DNA of 45,219 nucleotides from a virus (Duplodnaviria; Heunggongvirae; Uroviricota; Caudoviricetes): IMG/VR virus record IMGVR_UViG_2721755646_000014; one strand, 5' to 3'. Shown piece by piece: positions 39,828 to 45,219 of this stretch (position 1 is its first letter; each line of letters starts with the position of its first letter). The notes under the pieces were generated by a model. It saw only the letters and a program-made list of their open reading frames with translations, ran no database searches and was not told where the DNA came from. The position numbers and the translations under genes were made by a program.

Positions 39828-40785
39828 CATAAGTTCCCACAGCTTCCAGGCCGTTTCCGTTGCTGATAAATCCGTTTTCACGTTCCCACTGTTCACGTGC
39901 TGCCCGAATTTCCTGAACTGCCCGTGATGCGGTGCCACCTGGTGCTGCATGGCTTACCCCCTTGCTGACTGGTTTTACCTGTGCCCTGACGTGCTGCACG
40001 TGACGGGCAAATTTCTGCTCCCACTGAACCTGCGTGAAAACCTTCCCCTCCGCCATCCAGTAATCCCGGAATGCGGCAAGCTCAGCAGGTGTAAACTCAG
40101 GCTCAGGCAGAGCCATACCCCACAATGCAGCCCGCTGTCGAAAATCCAGCGACGGCCGCCAGACACCAGTCATCGGAAATTTCCCGATCGGTTCGCTCAG
40201 GCCATCCGGGTATTCAGGTTCTGCTGTCTGCAACGGCGCGCCATTCGACTCACTGGCTGGAGCACTCTCGCGCATGCGCGCGTTATGTGTGGGGTTTAAT
40301 TCTTTATCTGTATCTGTATCTGTCGTGACTTGTCGTGACATATGCGTGACGCGTCGTGACTCATCGTGACAATCAGTGTTCTGCTCCCGCAGTCTTTCCC
40401 GCTCCCGCTGCGCTCTCTTGCGCTCTGCCGGGGATTTTGCGGTTTGCGAAACATTACCGTTATCCTCCTTCATCACCTGGCGTTTTTCCCATCCGGAAAT
40501 AAGATCGCCATCCAGAACTCGCCCCTGCATTGCATGCAAAATTGAATCAATCACGTCTTCCGTCACATCAAGCGCACTTGCTAAATCTTCCGTCGTGACA
40601 TCAATGTGACCACGTAGTGACTCGCCGTGACATTTCGTGACATTTCGTGACGCACTCACCAGAAGGTGGATATACACCGCCATCACTGTTGCGATTGGCT
40701 GTCCTGAGACCCTGGCAATGGTTCGCCATTTGGGATCATTTGGCATGTCATGCCACAATCTGAGCCAGGCATTAGCCATACTCAC
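39742..40785 (-). CDS. Lambda O-like replication initiator containing the origin iterons; 3' end overlaps the P-like ORF and may be affected by indels
   Basis: 347-aa ORF; direct repeats of TCGTGAC-type iterons lie inside the coding sequence. Confidence 0.55.
   Translation of the reverse strand: MSMANAWLRLWHDMPNDPKWRTIARVSGQPIATVMAVYIHLLVSASRNVTKCHGESLRGHIDVTTEDLASALDVTEDVIDSILHAMQGRVLDGDLISGWEKRQVMKEDNGNVSQTAKSPAERKRAQRERERLREQNTDCHDESRRVTHMSRQVTTDTDTDKELNPTHNARMRESAPASESNGAPLQTAEPEYPDGLSEPIGKFPMTGVWRPSLDFRQRAALWGMALPEPEFTPAELAAFRDYWMAEGKVFTQVQWEQKFARHVQHVRAQVKPVSKGVSHAAPGGTASRAVQEIRAAREQWERENGFISNGNGLEAVGTYGGGVFEPLDPEERGCAVEALDCSDWRDD
40308..40380. repeat. Origin-like iteron cluster: (CTGTAT)3 followed by five GTCGTGAC/GCGTGAC repeats
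   Basis: ctgtatctgtatctgtatc tgtcgtgac ttgtcgtgac atatgcgtgac gcgtcgtgac tcatcgtgac. Confidence 0.5.
40591..40651. repeat. Second iteron-like cluster of GTGAC repeats within the O-like gene
   Basis: cgtcgtgaca tcaatgtgac cacgtagtgac tcgccgtgac atttcgtgac atttcgtgac. Confidence 0.4.
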
Positions 40786-40847
40786 CTCATCTGATACCGA
40801 ACTTTACCCTCGAACATCCGGAAGAAATCCGGCATGAATATTGTTGG

Positions 40848-41273
40848 TCAATGCACGACAACAGCATTACCAGGCTGACCCCCACTGTTAGTCAGGGTGC
40901 CCCAGGCGATCGCCGCTGCGACAAAATCATCCACATCTTTCACCAGCCGATCCCTCCGTTCGACGATCTCACGGTAATATTCAGAGCTGTGACTGCGCAT
41001 ACGGGCCACCAGCAGAGGCGGCATTGCCTTTTCGATCGCCGGTAACAGAGCCTGCATTTTTTCAACAGCATCAGGGGTGTCTTTATCCAGCCAACGGAAA
41101 ATTTTCTGGGTATTACGAGCCAGGGCTTCCGGATGGCTGTCGTCGTACAGTTCCGGGAACGTCATCCCCAGTTCGAAATAAGTCCGGGCTATTTCAGCTG
41201 CAGGAACTTTCTCACCATCAGGATATGCCCAGGCATTCATCGCCATGCGGATGTGCTCATGTTTGATTTTCAT
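40848..41273 (-). CDS. ydaT: YdaT-like protein (Rac prophage ydaT homologue; CII-position gene)
   Basis: 141 aa beginning MKIKHEHI… and ending …VVVH; similarity to Rac YdaT is from memory. Confidence 0.55.
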   Translation of the reverse strand: MKIKHEHIRMAMNAWAYPDGEKVPAAEIARTYFELGMTFPELYDDSHPEALARNTQKIFRWLDKDTPDAVEKMQALLPAIEKAMPPLLVARMRSHSSEYYREIVERRDRLVKDVDDFVAAAIAWGTLTNSGGQPGNAVVVH

Positions 41274-41580
41274 GAATCATTTGCCTCTTGATGCTTCGGG
41301 TATGATCGTTTTCGTCATTTGGTTGCTTCATCGACATATTCTGCGAATAACATGACGAGCGTCGTAAGTATGTCCAATCAACATCAGGACGAAGTTCTTC
41401 ACACAGGACACCACCTTTTGTTGCTCGTTCAATCGCAGGACATCTCTCAGCAGGCAACTGACGTACACCTTTGATCCATTGATTTACGCTTGGAGGAGAT
41501 ACACCTAAAAGCCTAGCCATTGCTGATTGCCCACCGACAACAGCACAAGCTCGTTTGAATGAATAGTTATCTTTTTTCAT
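41257..41580 (-). CDS. ydaS: YdaS-like Cro-type HTH regulator (start at MKKDNYSF… inferred)
   Basis: …MKKDNYSFKRACAVVGGQSAMARLLGVSPPSVNQWIKGVRQLPAERCPAIERATKG… closely resembles Rac YdaS as recalled. Confidence 0.6.
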   Translation of the reverse strand: MKKDNYSFKRACAVVGGQSAMARLLGVSPPSVNQWIKGVRQLPAERCPAIERATKGGVLCEELRPDVDWTYLRRSSCYSQNMSMKQPNDENDHTRSIKRQMIHENQT

Positions 41581-41604
41581 CGAATGAACTCCAAAAAACA
41601 CACA

Positions 41605-41680
41605 ATAATATTAGGCTTAGCCTAATGCAATTGTCAATAGGCTATGCCTAACGCTTCGAGAGTAGGTATTGCCTAATGCG
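41605..41680. promoter_or_regulatory. OR/pR-like divergent control region with palindromic operators
   Basis: TTAGGCTTAGCCTAA and AATAGGCTATGCCTAA palindromes flank a minus-strand TTGACA; a third half-site lies in GTATTGCCTAATGCG. Confidence 0.45.
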
Positions 41681-41704
41681 ATGCGCATAGGAGACTATTA
41701 AGCA

Positions 41705-42181
41705 ATGCTTAGTGGTAAAGACTTAGGCCGAGCGATAGAGCAGGCCATTAACAAAAAAATTGCATCAGGAGCCGTCAAATCAAAGGCGGAAATCGCACGT
41801 CATTTCAAAGTCCAACCACCATCAATCCATGACTGGATTAAGAAAGGTTCGATAAGTAAAGACAAACTTCCAGAACTATGGCGTTTCTTTTCTGATGTGG
41901 TTGGTCCAGAGCATTGGGGGCTTAACGAATACCCCATACCAACCCCATCCACTTCAGATACAAAAAGTGAACTTTTAGACATAAACAGCCTTTATCAAGC
42001 CGCCTCTGATGAAAAAAGAGCAATTGTGGCTTTCCTCTTATCTGGAAATGCTACGGAGCCTAGTTGGGTTGATCATGACGTTCGTGCCTACATTGCCGCA
42101 ATGGAAATGAAGGTAGCTAACTATCTGAAAAATCAAGAATCAAAACGGAAAAGCCAGAACATCACCAAGACAGGAACTTAA
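41705..42181 (+). CDS. racR: RacR-like prophage repressor
   Basis: 158 aa; …KSKAEIARHFKVQPPSIHDWIKKGSISKDKLPELWRFFSDVVGPEHWGL…LYQAASDEKRAIVAFLLSGNATEPSWVDHDVRAYIAAMEMK… matches Rac RacR as recalled. Confidence 0.7.
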   Translation: MLSGKDLGRAIEQAINKKIASGAVKSKAEIARHFKVQPPSIHDWIKKGSISKDKLPELWRFFSDVVGPEHWGLNEYPIPTPSTSDTKSELLDINSLYQAASDEKRAIVAFLLSGNATEPSWVDHDVRAYIAAMEMKVANYLKNQESKRKSQNITKTGT

Positions 42182-42254
42182 ACTTATATGGTCCGACGGG
42201 AAATTCCTAGTTCCCGTTAGTTAACTCCTACTACCTCTCCCACAAACCATCACC

Positions 42255-42319
42255 TATTAGGTCGCACCCAAATCATTAGGCGTAGCCTATTGACAAGCAA
42301 TTAGGCATTTCCTATAGTT
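42255..42319 (+). promoter_or_regulatory. OL/pL-like promoter with the same operator palindromes
   Basis: TTAGGCGTAGCCTAT TTGACA agcaa TTAGGCATTTCCTATAGT: -35 TTGACA and -10 TATAGT about 17 bp apart, overlapped by two operator copies. Confidence 0.4.
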
Positions 42320-42496
42320 TTCCCATACCAACCCATCCCGTCCCACACAATACAGGGCAATACCTAGAGTTACCCGGCAGTGGTCAGGGATTAAGTAGCC
42401 AGCCCGAGGCGTAAGAACATGACGGCAGGGTTCAACTTTAACTATGCAGCAGGTTTTTGTTCCGCTACCCCGGCGTTAAGGGGATATGAGGTCAGC

Positions 42497-42649
42497 ATGG
42501 ATACTCTTGATCTTGGCAACAACGAATCTCTGGTGTGCGGCGTGTTTCCCAACCAGGACGGCACGTTCACCGCGATGACGTATACCAAAAGCAAAACGTT
42601 TAAAACCGAATCTGGCGCGCGTCGCTGGTTAGCAAGAAACTCTGACTAA
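42497..42649 (+). CDS. Small hypothetical protein downstream of the repressor (start at MDTLDLG with GAGGT RBS; ORF track gives 42419)
   Basis: gatatGAGGTcagcATGgat; 50-aa product MDTLDLGNNESLVCGVFPNQDGTFTAMTYTKSKTFKTESGARRWLARNSD. Confidence 0.3.
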   Translation: MDTLDLGNNESLVCGVFPNQDGTFTAMTYTKSKTFKTESGARRWLARNSD

Positions 42650-42763
42650 TGAAATCTGGTAATTAAGGAATCCTCCACGGGGGGAGAGTGGTGCACACGC
42701 GCCGGACACAAGCAAGCATCCGGCATGCTCTTTAACAATCTGGATATCCATAACAGTAAAAAT

Positions 42764-43265
42764 CTACAGATTGCCGTTCAGTTTTCTGGCCAACTCTTCA
42801 ATAGATGGAGGTGATACGTAATCCGGATTTTTATTCATAAGAAACTGATTTTCACAGTACAGGCACCTGCTTTTATGAAAAAATTCATATTCTCTAACCG
42901 GGAATGGCTGAAGTATCGATACTATCTTTTGTCCAAAACATTTTGGACAAAGATGCATGATTATGCTGCCGCCGTTCACGGTTACCTCCTTCGAGTACAC
43001 AAAAGTTCCCGACTCAAGTTGGCTAAGGATATAACCTTCCGTCTGAGCCTCAAAGTTTTCAAATTCTGCAATTTTAGCTTTGAGAGAAGCATTTATTTCT
43101 TGATAAGTGCCCACCAGCTCAACGAGAGACACGCATTCGCGCTGAATAGATGCAAGCTTTGAGTTCAGTTCACCAATAGCCGCATTTACTTCAGCTTGAG
43201 TTTTTGCCTCGTTCATTAGTTTTGCAATCTGGGCGGTTTCACGAATAGCCGTCATTGCTGCCGTT
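42764..43265 (-). CDS. Hypothetical coiled-coil protein with C-terminal zinc-ribbon (CPKC…CLYC); AT-rich moron convergent with the pL-like operon
   Basis: ORF 42764-43432; likely start ATG 43265 (MTAIRETAQIAKLMNEAKTQAEVNAAIGELNSKLASIQRE…) or GTG 43279; lower GC than surrounding genes; opposite orientation to its neighbours. Confidence 0.5.
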
Positions 43266-43363
43266 AATTCAGCGATCACATTCAATACTCTTATTGTTGT
43301 TGGGGATATCCAGATTAACAAGATCCTTGTTGTTGGGGAATAACGGGGACCACCTCGCCTGAC

Positions 43364-43801
43364 GTGGTAAAAAGCAGGCACACAACACGAAAGCACACGG
43401 CGAGGGACACCATTAAATGGTGGCTTAAGCAATCACGCGAAGCGCAATCTGCCATTATGACCGATGAAATCCCGTTAGATGATGCACTGTTACAATTGCG
43501 GGAATTTATCGACGAAAACTCCGGTGAATTTTTTGTTCAGGTCTGGGGAAATGGAGCCAACTTCGACAACACGATTTTGCGCCGTTCATACGAACGGCAG
43601 GGGATCCCCTGCCCGTGGCGTTACTACAACGATCGCGATGTACGCACAATCGTTGAGCTGGGGAAAGCCATAGACTTCGATGCCAGAACGGCTATTCCAT
43701 TCGAAGGTGAGCGCCATAATGCACTTGATGACGCCCGTTACCAGGCAAAATACGTTTCAGTTATCTGGCAAAAACTGATCCCGAGTCAGGCTGATTTTTA
43801 A
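43364..43801 (+). pseudogene. DEDDh-type 3'-5' exonuclease, apparently N-terminally truncated (Exo II and Exo III motifs only)
   Basis: …FFVQVWGNGANFDNTIL… (Exo II-like) and …HNALDDARYQAKY… (Exo III-like) present; no Exo I D-x-E motif upstream; the upstream sequence is replaced by the moron and its repeats. Confidence 0.4.
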
Positions 43802-43853
43802 TGTTCAACCGTCGCCAGTTGTCGTTGATATTCTGCAACTGGCGCGTTCCGGA

Positions 43854-44132
43854 GTGATAGCCATGAGCGAACAGTACCTGATAACGCTCGACGAGTGGAA
43901 ACCAAAACGGTTCAGTCTCCCAATAACAAACACTACCCTGGTGAAATACGGAAAACTAGGATACATCGTTCCAAGACCACAAAAAATTCGTGGGCGTTGG
44001 CTGATAGATCGCCGAGCAGTATTTGTTGGGCCTGGTGAAACGGGAATTGCGCCGGAAATTCATACTGGCGATGATGATGCACTGAAGGAGATTTTAACTC
44101 ATGTCACCGAGGCCACGAAAAAACAGCACTGA
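43854..44132 (+). CDS. xis: Excisionase-like protein
   Basis: 92-aa ORF immediately upstream of and overlapping the integrase start. Confidence 0.5.
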   Translation: MIAMSEQYLITLDEWKPKRFSLPITNTTLVKYGKLGYIVPRPQKIRGRWLIDRRAVFVGPGETGIAPEIHTGDDDALKEILTHVTEATKKQH

Positions 44133-45219
44133 CGTAGCCGGTCTTTACGAAAAGTTTGATCGCAGAACTGGCAGAGTTTACTACCAGTATAAAAATCCTG
44201 TGACTGGAAAATTTCACGGACTCGGAACAGACAAAGGTAAGGCAGAAAAAATCGCTTCCACAGCCAATCAGCGAATAGCTGCAGCAGAAGCTGAATATTT
44301 CATGCGCAAAATTGATGAAAGTCCGTCAGCAACAAAACGTCGGGGTATCAGATTAAAGGCATGGGTTGATCGATATCTGAAAATACAGGACACGCGACTG
44401 AAAAATGGAGATATTGCAGCTACAACTCACAAAGAAAAAACTCGAATGGCTGCATACCTGGTTTCCCGTCTGGGAAACCACCCATTGAAAGAACTGGAAG
44501 TAAGAGACTTTGCATTAATACTGGATGAGTGGCTGGATAAAGACATGGTCAGTACAGCGAGAGTAAATCGTGGATTATGGGTTGATATTTATAAAGAAGC
44601 ACAGCATGCAGGGGAAGTTCCTCCTGGATGGAATCCTCCGGAGGCTACCCGTAAACCGATCCCTAAAGTAACCAGAGCCAGGCTCACCATGGAAGACTGG
44701 CAAAAAATTTACAATGCAACGCCTGAAAAACACTTTATCCGTAACGCAATGCTTCTTGCGATTGTTACTGGTCAGCGCCGTGATGACATTTGCCACATGC
44801 GTTTTTCAGATGTGTGGAACGAACACTTGCATATCACCCAGGGAAAAACCGGAATGCGTCTGGCGTTACCGCTTACACTACGCTGTGATGCCATTGGGAT
44901 AACGTTAAAAGAAGTTATTGATGGGTGCCGAGACAGAATATTAAGTCCATATCTAATCCATAGTCGGCACCAGAAACAACCGAAGCCGATGAGTAAAGAC
45001 AACCTGAGCGACTACTTTGCCAAAGCACGGGATCTGGCTGGGGTAATTCCACCAGCAGGAAAAACTCCGCCAACATTTCATGAACAACGCTCTCTATCAG
45101 AACGGCTGTACCGTGCACAGGGTATCGATACAAAAACATTACTAGGACATAAAGTCCAGGCAACCACCGATCGCTATAACGATACTCGAGGTCAGGAATG
45201 GGTTAAGTTGGTTATTTGA
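44101..45219 (+). CDS. int: Tyrosine integrase (lambda Int family); stop codon at the last window bases
   Basis: 372 aa; C-terminal catalytic region …GQRRDDICHMRFSDV…HEQRSLSERLYRAQG…LLGHKVQATTDRY…. Confidence 0.85.
   Translation: MSPRPRKNSTDVAGLYEKFDRRTGRVYYQYKNPVTGKFHGLGTDKGKAEKIASTANQRIAAAEAEYFMRKIDESPSATKRRGIRLKAWVDRYLKIQDTRLKNGDIAATTHKEKTRMAAYLVSRLGNHPLKELEVRDFALILDEWLDKDMVSTARVNRGLWVDIYKEAQHAGEVPPGWNPPEATRKPIPKVTRARLTMEDWQKIYNATPEKHFIRNAMLLAIVTGQRRDDICHMRFSDVWNEHLHITQGKTGMRLALPLTLRCDAIGITLKEVIDGCRDRILSPYLIHSRHQKQPKPMSKDNLSDYFAKARDLAGVIPPAGKTPPTFHEQRSLSERLYRAQGIDTKTLLGHKVQATTDRYNDTRGQEWVKLVI

Noticed and set aside
40308-40651. Possible CRISPR array suggested by short GTGAC-containing direct repeats
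   Set aside because: Repeats are 8-11 bp iterons with irregular spacers of a few bp inside a replication-initiator gene; no 25-40 bp repeat/spacer periodicity.
1-45219. rRNA genes or integrated plasmid/conjugative functions
   Set aside because: Nothing resembling rRNA or conjugation genes was seen; all assignable content is IS, AT-rich island cargo or lambdoid prophage.

Overview
Mosaic Enterobacteriaceae (E. coli/Shigella-like) accessory region, read by eye from the sequence and ORF track; no searches were run. Left to right: (1) a partial, mutationally disrupted IS2 copy (1-1242). (2) An AT-rich island (~1243-8190) holding a two-gene minus-strand operon of unknown function (160 aa + ~545 aa), further degraded ORF fragments, and the multi-frame remnant of an EspX-like pentapeptide-repeat effector gene. 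(3) A defective lambdoid prophage (~8190 to window end) with integrase at the right edge. Its tail genes are reduced to K and I remnants. Its HK97-like head module is present as a ~7 kb tandem duplication (9292-16265 and 16266-23338) in which the left copy carries roughly 100 single-base deletions. The rest of the prophage runs: TerL/TerS, a cos-like region, HNH endonuclease, a phage-21-type lysis cassette (pinholin, SAR endolysin, Rz/Rz1, plus ant-like and YdfR-like genes), a NanS-p-type sialate O-acetylesterase where Stx phages carry stx (no stx here), a TerB-like gene with an in-frame TAG, Q, RusA, YdfU-like, rem-like, hokD, nin-region genes, lambda O/P-like replication genes with iterons, a YdaT/YdaS/RacR immunity region with operator palindromes, a convergent coiled-coil/zinc-ribbon moron, a truncated exonuclease, excisionase and integrase. 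The best candidates for something undescribed are the AT-rich two-gene operon (1774-3904), the moron at 42764-43265, and the tandem-repeat protein after the portal gene. Major caveat: single-base indels are frequent across the window, so much of the ORF fragmentation may be sequencing/assembly noise rather than pseudogenisation.
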